From assembly GCA_965219455.1 (NCBI GenBank), contig OZ244744.1, positions 640,001 through 704,000 of the forward strand: DNA of 64,000 bases. Reading direction: 5' to 3'. The translations under genes and the position numbers were made by a program. Below the pieces are notes generated by a model. It searched no databases and was not told the DNA's origin. It was given only the letters and a program-made list of their open reading frames with translations. Shown here piece by piece: positions 38,574-49,100 of this stretch (position 1 is its first letter; every line of letters starts with the position of its first letter). Source of the DNA: Candidatus Latescibacterota bacterium. Its GTDB lineage: Bacteria > Latescibacterota > UBA2968 > GCA-2709665.

Positions 38574-40406
38574 TTACCTGTAGTGATCTGCCTGTGTGTT
38601 GAACATTTCAGCATACAATCCCCCCTTGGCCATCAGGTCCTCGTGGGAACCCTCTTCAACCAGTTGTCCGTCCCGGAGTATGAGGATGTGTCGGGCTATT
38701 CGGACTGTCGAGAACCGATGCGAGATGAAGATCGTCATCTTGTCGGTCGTCAGTTCGGCGAATTGCTTGTGCAGCTCGTATTCGGCGAAGGCATCAAGTG
38801 CCGCAGTCGGTTCGTCCAATATTACGACCTGCGCCTGCCGCATGAACGCACGGCTGAGCGCCATTTTCTGCCACTCGCCACCTGAAAGGTCCACTCCTTC
38901 GTCCAGCGTCTTACCCAGGATAGTGTCCATCCCACGCGGGAGCTTATTCACAATGTCGGTGGCGCCGCCCTTACGGGCCGCTTCTGCAATCTTCTCCGGA
39001 TCTTTCAACCGATCTACCTGGCCAAAGCCGATGTTTTCCCTGGCTGAAAGGTCGTAATGCACGAAGTCCTGGAAAATGACGCCGATATGCTGGTGGAGTT
39101 CTTTGGGGTCATGATCGCGAAGGTCCCGTCCGTCCAGCAGGATGACACCATCCGTAGGATCGTAGAACCGGGCAAGAAGCTTCACAAGTGTGGTCTTTCC
39201 CACGCCATTCTCGCCGACGATGGCAGCGGACTCGCCAGCCCCGAGAGAAAACGACAGGTTCTTCAGAATGAACCGGTCTGAACCCGGGTAACGGAACGAT
39301 ACATTGCGAAATTCGATTCCCTTGCTGATTTTTCTCGGGACCGGCGCCGGCGAATCCGGTAACGGGGCGAGGGCGCCGTCAAACGACGACGGTTCGAGAT
39401 CGAGAAACCTGAAAAGAGTACCTGCGAAAATCGTATGTTCATAGAAGAGACCCAGATTCGAGAACAGCGATACCAGGCCCGACCTGCTGCGTTCAGCCGC
39501 CTGGAAAGCGAGAGCGACGTCACCCACAGTGATTTGTCTACCGACTGCCCTGACCACTGCAAAGCCCCAAATCGCGGCCGTTCCAGCCATGGAGAGCATA
39601 CCGAAACATAATCCGAACTTCTCCTGGCTGAACCTCAACCGGATTGATTGCTTGACAAAGGTACTCCAGTATCCGGTGAAGCGTTTCAACAGTTCGTCGT
39701 GCAGGCCAAAGATCCGGATTTCCTTCACCGCTTCCCGAGAACCCAGAAGCCGTGAAAGGTAGTCCGCGATTCTCCGGTTTCTGGTGACTGCGCCCGTCAA
39801 CGCATACCTCCTGCCGGCAAAATGGCCACCCACAATCACCTGTGGCAGTGCGCTCAAGACGAGTATCATGACTGCGGCCCAATGCAACTGCAGCAGCAAG
39901 GCCAGCATAGCGATCGTTGACACAGACGACGATACGATGTCTAACGACAACACAGCAAGGTTGTTCGCGCGGTAACCTTCACCCCTCGCTTTCTCCATTT
40001 CGTCAAAGAAATCGGCGTTTTCGAAGAACGCCATATCCAATTCAGACGCCTTGCGAAAAATCAGAGCCTGGGTGTGGTTCCTCACCTGGTGGCCGACTTG
40101 CTCCGATAACATTAGCGAAACGGATTGGCAAATGCCCCCGATCATCCAGACGGCTAGAATGGCGCCGATTGGTGACAGCAACTCGAGCCAATCGATGGCA
40201 CGGATACCGGAATTGTCGCCCAGGGATTCCACGACAGTGTCGATCACGACCTTGGAAATCCATACCTGCGCAACCGGCACAATTGAGTTGAGGATGCTTA
40301 AGAGGAACGCGCAGATTGCATACCACCGGCTCGCCTGCCAGACGAGCTTTAGACACCTGGGATAGTACTTGACGATTTGGCGGATGGCATTCCAAGGATT
40401 GGACAT
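38574..40406 (-). CDS. ABC exporter, fused permease/ATPase (NisT/SpaT-like)
   Basis: GENGVGKT, LSGGEWQK, LDEPT, SHRFST. Confidence 0.88.
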   Translation of the reverse strand: MSNPWNAIRQIVKYYPRCLKLVWQASRWYAICAFLLSILNSIVPVAQVWISKVVIDTVVESLGDNSGIRAIDWLELLSPIGAILAVWMIGGICQSVSLMLSEQVGHQVRNHTQALIFRKASELDMAFFENADFFDEMEKARGEGYRANNLAVLSLDIVSSSVSTIAMLALLLQLHWAAVMILVLSALPQVIVGGHFAGRRYALTGAVTRNRRIADYLSRLLGSREAVKEIRIFGLHDELLKRFTGYWSTFVKQSIRLRFSQEKFGLCFGMLSMAGTAAIWGFAVVRAVGRQITVGDVALAFQAAERSRSGLVSLFSNLGLFYEHTIFAGTLFRFLDLEPSSFDGALAPLPDSPAPVPRKISKGIEFRNVSFRYPGSDRFILKNLSFSLGAGESAAIVGENGVGKTTLVKLLARFYDPTDGVILLDGRDLRDHDPKELHQHIGVIFQDFVHYDLSARENIGFGQVDRLKDPEKIAEAARKGGATDIVNKLPRGMDTILGKTLDEGVDLSGGEWQKMALSRAFMRQAQVVILDEPTAALDAFAEYELHKQFAELTTDKMTIFISHRFSTVRIARHILILRDGQLVEEGSHEDLMAKGGLYAEMFNTQADHYR

Positions 40407-40538
40407 CTAAACGGCTCCAGAAGCTATTTTCTGTCGCTTCCGCGTGTGCTTTGAGTTGATCTCGGGGCTGAGTCGAAACCGCAGGACAAGGCGGCCAAGT
40501 CGATTCGCGCTGCAAATGCCATAAGAAGTGGGCCCTAA

Positions 40539-40600
40539 GCCGTTCATCAGGAAGACATGTGCTTCCGGAATCAGTTTGAATTTCTCAGCCATTTGCCACC
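40539..40600 (-). pseudogene. Duplicated 5' stub of the NUDIX gene
   Basis: 57/62 nt identical to 38431-38492; encodes MAEKFKLIPEAHVFLMNG. Confidence 0.8.
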
Positions 40601-41497
40601 GAGTTGTATGAAGTCTGAGTGCGATATCAGATGGGTTGTCCCGACTTGACGCGATCTCCTCGCGCCTGCACGGGATGGACCCAGGACTAACCAAAGCAAT
40701 GTAACATGCCCGAATTATTCCCTAAAGCAAATTCCGGCAGGGCGGCTTTGCTACAGACATTCCGCGGGTTCCTAGTTGCACTCGCCGAATCATCCCCGTA
40801 ACGCTTCCGTTACTCGTGCGCTCTCGCCGTCTTGCTGACGAAGCCGAACGGGGAAAACAGATCGGTGAAAAATAAAGGGTCGAACCGCTTAATCGCAGCC
40901 TCGACCCACTAATTAGCTCTGCTGTTGCCTAGCGCGGCTGCGCTTTGCTCGGTCGCAACCAAATACGTGGACGTCAACGCGCAAGCCCGTTTGACAGTGC
41001 AATTACTCCCTCCGTGAGGGGAGTCGCAGAAGGCGAGCCGGCTCCCTGAACCGCCGCGGAGAGCCTGTCAAAGGGCCGGCGACGCCTGACTCGGAATCGG
41101 CGCCGATAGCGACGTGACACGCGAATCCCAGCGACACGAGGGCGACGACACTATCAGGATTCCATTTCTTGAAAACATTCGCGACGCTCCTTCATTCTAA
41201 AGTGGGTTGACGCCGGCACGGCCCCGTATAGAGACCGCGCGTGAACCTGATATTGAGGGATTTCCGTTGACGACCCGGGCCGGCGGGTCGCGCGAGGAGG
41301 GGACCGCCGAGGTGGGATGCGTTTATCCGGCATGCAAATTGGACATCTAATTCGCTGATTCAGTGCCGTACGGATTCAGCTTTCTTTCACGTCTGTGGTT
41401 TCCATATCGACCTCCCTGGCGTCGGGATCAATCCGCATCGGTTCGAAACCTCATCTCATGCTCTCCTCGGCGCACAACGTAAACGATTGCCCGGCCG

Positions 41498-42862
41498 TCA
41501 GCGTGTTGTCGTCGACCGAGGGCGATTCAACTCTCGCATCGGGTCGGCCGGACGGCGGAGAGTTTCTGTGCAATTCTCACCACGGGTGTCGTCAATGCCC
41601 TGAAGCCAGTTCTGAAAGGCCGCATCAAGCGGCGCACATAGGCCCGTGCGATGAAAATAAAACGTATGCAGTTTGGTCAGTCGCGCGAGCTCCTTCGGAA
41701 TCGCCCCCGTCAACTGGTTCGAGGAAAGGTTCAACACCGTGAGATTGGTCAGTTGTCCCTGTTCCTTCGGAATCGCCCCCGTTAGCTGGTTCGAGGAAAG
41801 GTTCAAATGGATGAGCCTGGTCAGTCGCGCCAGTTCCTTCGGGATCGTCCCCGCCAACTGGTTCGAGGAAAGGTACAACACTGCGAGCTTGGACAGCTGT
41901 CCCAGTTCCTTCGGAATCGCCCCCGTCAACTGGTTCGAGGAAAAGTTCAACCTCGTGAGATTGGTCAGCTGTCCCAGTTCCTGCGGAATCGCCCCCGTCA
42001 GCTGGTTCGAGGAAAGGTTCAAACTGAAGAGCCTGGTCAGTTGCGCCAGCTCCTTCGGAATCGTCCCCGTCAACTGGTTCGAGGAAAGGACCAACCACGT
42101 GAGATTGGTCAGCTGTCCCAGTTGCACCGGAATCGCCCCCGTCAACTGGTTCGAGAAGAGGTACAACACTGTGAGATTGGTCAGCTGTTCCAGTTGCACC
42201 GGAATCGCCCCCGTCAACGCGTTGTCGCTAAGGTCCAACCTTGTTAGATTGGACAGCCGCGCCAGTTCCGTTGGAATCGCCCCCACTAACTGGTTGCTGC
42301 CAAGATCCAACCACGTCAGATTGGTCAGCCGCGCCAGCTGCACCGGAATCGCCCCCGTCAACTGGTTGTTGCCAAGGTACAATTTGGTTACGCGCCCTTT
42401 GTAGTCAGTGGTGACGCCATACCATTCGTCCAGTGGCGCGGCGCTCAACCAGTTCTCTTTGTACGTCCAGTTCGTTCCATCCGTCGCCTTGTAAAGTGCA
42501 ACCAGCACGGACCTGTCGTCGGAAGGCGCCTCCTTACCGAAGTTCTCCGCAAGGATGAGCAAGTCCGAAAACCCGATCTCGCCGTCGCCGCTCAGATCAT
42601 ACGTAGCGTCGTATTTCTCGTCACCCTGGCGCGAACCGAACACACCAGCAAAGATCACGATATCGCCAAGACCGATCGTGCCGTCACCGTCAAAGTCCGG
42701 AATAGACGCAGTATCGGCGCCGTTGTCGCTGATGGAGTTCGTTGTGATCGCCTGGGTAGTCGTTCGCCCGTCCTCAGCATTGGAACCCGACGCGGCGGGG
42801 CACACGAATGCCAGCAGCGCAAGGGCGGCAAAACACATTGCGCCTTTTGAGGAAGCCATCAT
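41498..42862 (-). CDS. Secreted dockerin-like plus plant-type LRR protein, C-terminus frameshifted
   Basis: AAGGAGG RBS, signal peptide, DFDGDGTIG...DLSGDGEIGFSD, LRR N-cap, about ten 24-aa LRRs (LxxLxLxxNxLTGxIP). Confidence 0.85.
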   Translation of the reverse strand: MMASSKGAMCFAALALLAFVCPAASGSNAEDGRTTTQAITTNSISDNGADTASIPDFDGDGTIGLGDIVIFAGVFGSRQGDEKYDATYDLSGDGEIGFSDLLILAENFGKEAPSDDRSVLVALYKATDGTNWTYKENWLSAAPLDEWYGVTTDYKGRVTKLYLGNNQLTGAIPVQLARLTNLTWLDLGSNQLVGAIPTELARLSNLTRLDLSDNALTGAIPVQLEQLTNLTVLYLFSNQLTGAIPVQLGQLTNLTWLVLSSNQLTGTIPKELAQLTRLFSLNLSSNQLTGAIPQELGQLTNLTRLNFSSNQLTGAIPKELGQLSKLAVLYLSSNQLAGTIPKELARLTRLIHLNLSSNQLTGAIPKEQGQLTNLTVLNLSSNQLTGAIPKELARLTKLHTFYFHRTGLCAPLDAAFQNWLQGIDDTRGENCTETLRRPADPMRELNRPRSTTTR

Positions 42863-43266
42863 CCGCGCCCTCCTTCTTTGTCTCTGCGGTTCACTTCGGG
42901 CCGAATCAATGTCACTGACCAGGGAATTCATACGGCTGCCGCCAGTTTCGCGACAACCGGCGCCAGTCATTTAAAGGAGGCGGATAGAACTGTCGCGGTT
43001 TGCGACAGTTCGGCGCCTCAGAGGGTCGGATGGATATGTCACAAATTGCAAAACTGCTGTGGCATTTTGCGACGCTGTCACGCACGCGGCGACACCAATG
43101 CCGACGGGGGCCGCCGTCATTATCCGACAGATGGCGGCCTTAAATGGATCGGGCCGCGGGGCCGGGCGACGCCATCGTACCGGAGCGAGCAGTTTGCGCC
43201 GGTTCCGGCAAACCCGCGACCACAAGTGTCAGGTCCACCGTACAATGGTGACTATCGGTTTTGCAC

Positions 43267-43302
43267 CTGTTTCAACAGCAACATCCGCCTGGACGTCGAG
43301 AA
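43267..43302 (-). pseudogene. Relic of an FlgD/T9SS-CTD gene 3' end
   Basis: Encodes FSTSRRMLLLK, near-identical to the 3' end of the 63516 gene (FSASRRMLLLK). Confidence 0.7.
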
Positions 43303-43328
43303 GGGCAGATTTGCGGAATTATTCGCGC

Positions 43329-45464
43329 CTATTTTCCAAAGCGTTCCGCAAAGATCAAGAGATCGCTGAAACCGACCGCGCCATCTCCATCCAGGTCGAA
43401 CCGCGCGTCATACCCCGCGTCGCCCTGGCTTGTCCCAAACTGCGCCGCGAATTGCAGAAAATCCTGAAAACCTACCGTTCCGTCTCTGTCGAAGTCGGCA
43501 GCGGCGAACTGAGGCGTGATGTAAGGAGCAATATCCCACAGCGCAATCGTGCCATCTTGTGCTCCGGAGGCAAGGGTCCTACGATCGGACGAAAACGAGA
43601 CCGAATTGACCACGGCCGAATGAGGAAAGATGGCGAGATTTCGTCTTGTCGCCGCGTCCCACAGCTTGACCGTTTTATCGTAAGCTGCGGAAGCCATTAT
43701 ACGCCCACCTGGCGAGTAAACGACCGAATTGACGCCACCGTATTCCTCGATAACGTCAATACGTTCACTCGTGGCCACGTCCCAAAGTTCAACCGCGCGA
43801 ATCGTCCCGACCGCAAGGATTTCCCCATCGGGTGAGAACACCACGGACCAGACACCAAAGTCCTCGACCTCAAAGATGGCGATATTCCTTCTTGTCGCCA
43901 CGTCCCAAAGTCTGACCGTATTGTCGTGAGATCCGGAAGCAAGCAATGTTCCGTCAGGTGAGAATGACACCGGATCTGGCGGAATGGTGTGCCCCTTCAG
44001 GGTAGCGATACGTTTCTTGGTGGCCACATCCCACAGTTCAACACAATCTTGTATGCCGACAGCAAGGGTCGCCCCGTCGGGTGAAAACGCCATGGTGGAA
44101 GCACGCTCAAACGTGGCGACATTTCGTCCGGTCGCTACGTCCCTAAGCTTACCGCTGCCCCCAAAATTGATAGCCAGGATGGTGCCATCAGGTGAAAACG
44201 ACACCAATCCGACCCAGGAACGTTCTTCAAAGGTAGCGATTTGCGCCAGGGTCGAAGCGTCCCACAACTTAACCGTATCATCTTGAGATCCGGAAGCAAG
44301 CATTGTCCCGTCAGGTGAAAACGATACAGAACTCACCCATTCCGTATGCCCTTTCCATGTAGCGATGTTGGACGCGGAGATCTCGGCCAGGGTGTATTCC
44401 TCAAATTGCTCGTTGCCATGTAAATCAAGAGCCTCAACGAAGAATGTATGTGCAGGAAAGTCAGAAAGGCCCGCCGCGTCATTTGAAGGAATCGCGCCGT
44501 TGTACTCGAATTCGACGACCGCATCTTTTCTACCTCTGACGCTACGACACGCCACCACTTCAAGGTTTGCGAAGCCTCTAACAAACAGGGCGACCTGATG
44601 AACCCCGTCTGAATCGCTGACCTGGAGCCTGACCGGGACGCTTGTTGCGCCGGGCTGATATCTTTGGGGCGAAGTGAATGACAGGTTTGGCGGCTGGCCT
44701 TCTTCGGTTGGGACCGCGGGATTGAAGTACGCATGCACCGCCAGGAATTCGGCAGCGCACGCCGACAAGACCCGGATTTGACCGCCATAGGACATGATGT
44801 ACCGGTCGTCTCTGAAATCGTGGGACAGACCGAAGGTGTGTCCCAGTTCATGACTCACTATGTACAAACCGAATCTATCCGGAACCACTAGATTACCGCC
44901 GTTCTTCGTCCGCCGCCCCCCGACGCCTCCCGCAGGCTGACCGTTACCCTGGCGAAGCGCATCGGTACCGAGGACAATAAAATAGATGTTCGCATCCAGA
45001 TCAAACGTCTCTTCAAGCTCGGCAACGACAGCAGTACCCAGTGTATTATCATAGTGGCTGAATGGATGCTTACCATCCACGCGATGCACCATCGGCTCGC
45101 CCTGCGCATCGGTCTCAATGCGGAAGGTCCAGTTGCCGTAACCGTGCGCCTGCATCTGCTCGGCATAGAAGTTTTGCGCCTGCCGGATCACCGTCTTCAT
45201 CGAATCCACCACCTCGGCCCGATAAGGCCAGTCGTTGGGCAGAAAGTAGATCATCCGCACGGTGCGCGGTTCACCGAGGTTCAGATTTGCCGGACGCTTG
45301 GCCGCGGGTCCGGGATGGTCCCTCCGCCACTGCTCATACTCGTCGGAGGCGCAAAAATGGATGCTGTCGGGAGGTGAAGACGCCCCCACGCCCCGGTGTG
45401 GACCGAGCATCTGAGCGAGCAACACCAGGGCGGCCAGGGACACCGTTCGTTTTGTGGAAACCAT
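43329..45464 (-). CDS. Secreted metzincin protease with WD40 propeller and C-terminal dockerin-like domain
   Basis: HELGHTFGLSH...IMSY (Met-turn), GH...VSFSPDG..LASGS.D.TV.LWD repeats, DFDRDGTVGFQDF. Confidence 0.85.
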   Translation of the reverse strand: MVSTKRTVSLAALVLLAQMLGPHRGVGASSPPDSIHFCASDEYEQWRRDHPGPAAKRPANLNLGEPRTVRMIYFLPNDWPYRAEVVDSMKTVIRQAQNFYAEQMQAHGYGNWTFRIETDAQGEPMVHRVDGKHPFSHYDNTLGTAVVAELEETFDLDANIYFIVLGTDALRQGNGQPAGGVGGRRTKNGGNLVVPDRFGLYIVSHELGHTFGLSHDFRDDRYIMSYGGQIRVLSACAAEFLAVHAYFNPAVPTEEGQPPNLSFTSPQRYQPGATSVPVRLQVSDSDGVHQVALFVRGFANLEVVACRSVRGRKDAVVEFEYNGAIPSNDAAGLSDFPAHTFFVEALDLHGNEQFEEYTLAEISASNIATWKGHTEWVSSVSFSPDGTMLASGSQDDTVKLWDASTLAQIATFEERSWVGLVSFSPDGTILAINFGGSGKLRDVATGRNVATFERASTMAFSPDGATLAVGIQDCVELWDVATKKRIATLKGHTIPPDPVSFSPDGTLLASGSHDNTVRLWDVATRRNIAIFEVEDFGVWSVVFSPDGEILAVGTIRAVELWDVATSERIDVIEEYGGVNSVVYSPGGRIMASAAYDKTVKLWDAATRRNLAIFPHSAVVNSVSFSSDRRTLASGAQDGTIALWDIAPYITPQFAAADFDRDGTVGFQDFLQFAAQFGTSQGDAGYDARFDLDGDGAVGFSDLLIFAERFGK

Positions 45465-45819
45465 CTGTCGAATCCCTTCCTTAAATGTTACGCGCAACCC
45501 CGCTCACGTCTGCCTGATTCTTTGATCTGAACCAATAGCTTTTTGGCGGTGGATCCCCGAAATGCGACCGGATGGGTGCAGAACTGCAGGCAGATTGTGT
45601 CGTTATTTGCTACAGTTGTCTGCCCCGTCCTGATTTATCGTCGGAGTATGCGCGCTTTTAACGTTCTCGAAACGCATGATCATGTCTACGAAATGAGACG
45701 GAGTCGATTCCATTTGACCGATGGACTCAGGAAGTCAACGTACACGCAGGTTGGGGTCGAAACACCTGGCTGGGTCGTTCGGATAGAAACCTCGAGTGCG
45801 GTTGGTTGCAGGTCGAAGG

Positions 45820-45900
45820 TGGCGCCGCCGCCGAACGCATCGGCAAAGAGGAAAAAGTCAATGAAATCGGTCCGGCCGTCGCGTTTGAAATCCGTTGAGT
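45820..45900 (-). pseudogene. Isolated dockerin-like relic
   Basis: DFKRDGRTDFIDFFLFADAFGG, resembling the C-terminus of the 50033 gene. Confidence 0.6.
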
Positions 45901-46195
45901 TCCGCGCCGGACACGCCACTGCTGAATATTTCTAACGGAAGGTCTGCAGATTTCACGAGGGCGTAACCGGCATGGTCTGCGGGTTGCCACGGCAACGTGC
46001 CGATGTCTACGGTCCCCACAGGCCTTTCTTACAAACTTCTGCAAATCTCCATATTCCCGATAGCTTGAATTCAATCTCATAGTCACTCTTGTTTACAAAG
46101 AAATCGCATAGATCTCTCCTTTTGAAGTGTGTTACCTTGCATCCAGGACGCCTTGAAATTTTCTGGCCTGGACCAAGACGCGAAGGTTTCAAGGG

Positions 46196-49100
46196 TCAAT
46201 TCGCAACATGAATCGTCCAACTATTGCTGCCACTGTTCTTTGAAGCCCTGAAATTCCAACGTACGCCATTTATAAGTCCTCTTTGGTTGTGGCTGTTCCC
46301 CGCTGTCATGACCAATCCCCCGCTAACGATAATTCCAAGGCCGGAGGAATTGACATAGAAGGTACCGTTTTTGTAATTGCAGCTCTCGTCGGGGTTTACC
46401 ACCAACCCAGCAGTGCATGCTCTCCCATCGTCTCCGCCACCGCTGACGGTGACGCTTGCGCCGGATGAGCAGTTGTTGCCGGTATTGCTCTCGCCGCTGA
46501 CGTTATCAACGCACGCGCCGTAGTAGTAGGTTCCGGCATCCGACGGCGCATTCAGGCTGATCGACTCGGCACTCGTGCCCCCCGCCGACAGGCTGCTCAC
46601 CGCGTCCGTGCCCACTTCCGTGTCATCGGTCGAGATCGTCGCGTCAGCCGAACGGTAGTAGCGCAGCGTCGTGGACCCAGACGAAGCATTGCTCTGATTG
46701 CGAACCGTGGCGCGCAACGTAAACGACTGCCCGGTCGTGAGCGTGTTGTCGTTGACCGAGGGCGATTCAACGATCAAGTCGGGGCCGCCGGACGGCGGCG
46801 ACGTTCCTGAGCAATTCGGACCCGTGGCGTTTTTAATGCCCTGAAGCCAGGTCTGGAACGCCGCATTAAGCGGTGCACATAGCCCCCCGTTTCCTCGAAA
46901 GTGAAATGTCTCCAGCTTGGTCAGTCCGGTCATGTTCTGAGGAATCGCACCACTCAACTGATTCTCCTGAAGATCCAGAAGCGTGAGATTGGACAGGTTG
47001 CCCAATTGCACAGGTATCGTACCACTCAACTGATTCTGGTGAAGATTCAGATGCTTGAGATTGGACAGGTTGCCCAATTCCACAGGTATCGTACCACTCA
47101 ACTGGTTCTCCTGAAGATCCAGAAGCGTGAGATTGGACAGGTTGCCCAATTGCACAGGTATCGTACCACTCAACTGATTCTGGTGAAGATTCAGATGCTT
47201 GAGATTGGACAGGTTGCCCAATTCCACAGGTATCGTACCACTCAACTGGTTCTCCTGAAGATCCAGAAGCGTGAGATTGGACAGGTTGCCCAATTGCACA
47301 GGTATCGTACCACTCAACTGATTCTGGTGAAGATTCAGATACGTGAGATTGGACAGGTTGCCCAATTCCACAGGTATCGTACCACTCAACTGGTTCTCCT
47401 GAAGATCCAGATGCGTGAGATTGGACAGGTTGCCCAATTCCACGGGAATCGCACCACTCAACTCATTCCCGCGAAGAGACAGCCACTCAAGGTCTTCCAT
47501 GTTGCCCAATTCCACAGGAATCGCACCACTCAACTCATTCTCATGAAGATACAGAAGCGTGAGATTGGACAGGCTGCCCATTTCCACGGGAATCGCACCA
47601 CTCAACTGATTCCCGCCAAGAGACAGCACCTCAAGGTTTTCCAGGTTGCCCAATTCCACAGGAATCGCACCACTCAACTCATTCTCATGAAGAGACAGCA
47701 ACTCAAGGTTTTCCAGGTTGCCCAATTCCACAGGAATCGCACCACTCAACTCATTCCCGTAAAGATACAGATGCGTGAGATTGGATAGGTTGCCCAGTTC
47801 CACAGGAATCGCACCACTCAACTGATTCCCGCTAAGAGACAGCAACTCAAGGTTTTCCAGGTTGCCCAATTCCACAGGAATCGCACCACTCAACTCATTC
47901 TCATGAAGATACAGCAACTCAAGGTTTTCCAGGTTGCCCAATTCCACAGGAATCGCACCACTCAACTCATTCTCGTAAAGATACAGATGCGTGAGATTGG
48001 ACAGGTTGCCCAGTTCCACAGGAATCGCACCACTCAACTGATTCCCGCTAAGAGACAGCACCTCAAGGTTTTCCAGGTTGGCGAGGACAGATATATCCGA
48101 GATGCTATTGCCCCAAAGACTCACCCTTGTCAAGTTGGTCAAGTTGGTCAGCGCAGATATATCCGAGATGGTCTCGTTTCCGCCAAGATGCAGCTCCGTC
48201 AGGTTGGTCAATTTGGACAGCGCAGATATATCCGAGATGCGGTTAGTGGTAAGTGATAGGTATGTCAGGTTGGTCAAATTAGAGAGGGGCGAGAGGTTTG
48301 ATAAAACGTTGCTGTTGACCAACACACCATTCACGCGCACACGACCAAGACCCAGCCTTTGCAAATTAGTTGCGTGCTCAAGTCCTGCCAGACTGCGAAT
48401 GCCCTTATTGGGCGCGTCAATGCGTGTCAAAGTCGCCATCTCAGCCCGCGTAATCGGCGCACCGCTCGCCTTGGCCAGGGCGTCTGCGATCACCGCACGC
48501 AAATTGGCATCCGCGATGTTTACCGTCGCACCGGCGCCAGAGGGCGAAACCTGACTGCCAAAAGCGCCGGCAAAGATCAGAAAATCCGAGAAGCCCACGT
48601 CCCCATCGCCATTCAGATCGAACCGCGCGTCATATCCGGCATCACCCTGCTGTGTCCCGAAACCGCTTGCGAATGCCAGAAAGTCTGAAAAACCGACGGT
48701 CCCGTCGCCGTCGAAGTCGGGAGATGGCGTGGCATTGAAACTGATTTCACTTGTCGTGGTAAGTTCGTCTTGCGATGCGCTGCTTTCCGCAAGCGTGACC
48801 GACTCGATGCCGATGGCAAACTCCCGTCCCGTTACGTCGACAGCCGTTTCAAATTCGGCGCGCGCCAGGAACCCGGACACCACCAGAGTCGCGGGCGCTG
48901 TCGCCGCGAGGTTTGTGCCCACGGACGCGTCTGGAATCGCTAGCGGAAACGCGCTGTTTTCGGCTTTGACATAAGACAGGAGTGAAGCATCAAATTCAAA
49001 CTTCAGGATCACGCCCCTCAGAGACGTCGTGACGCCCGTTGCAAAAACCTCAATGGCAATGGTCGTACCCTGGCCGGACGCCGTGCCATTGGTAACGCCG

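Noticed and set aside
32812-40406. Integron cassette array
   Set aside because: Gene types are cassette-like, but no consistent attC (RYYYAAC...GTTRRRY) hairpins or IntI were found, and orientation is mixed
46900-48080. Regular 72-bp periodic repeats resembling a CRISPR array (also 41680-42390)
   Set aside because: In-frame LRR coding repeats with no unique spacers and no cas genes
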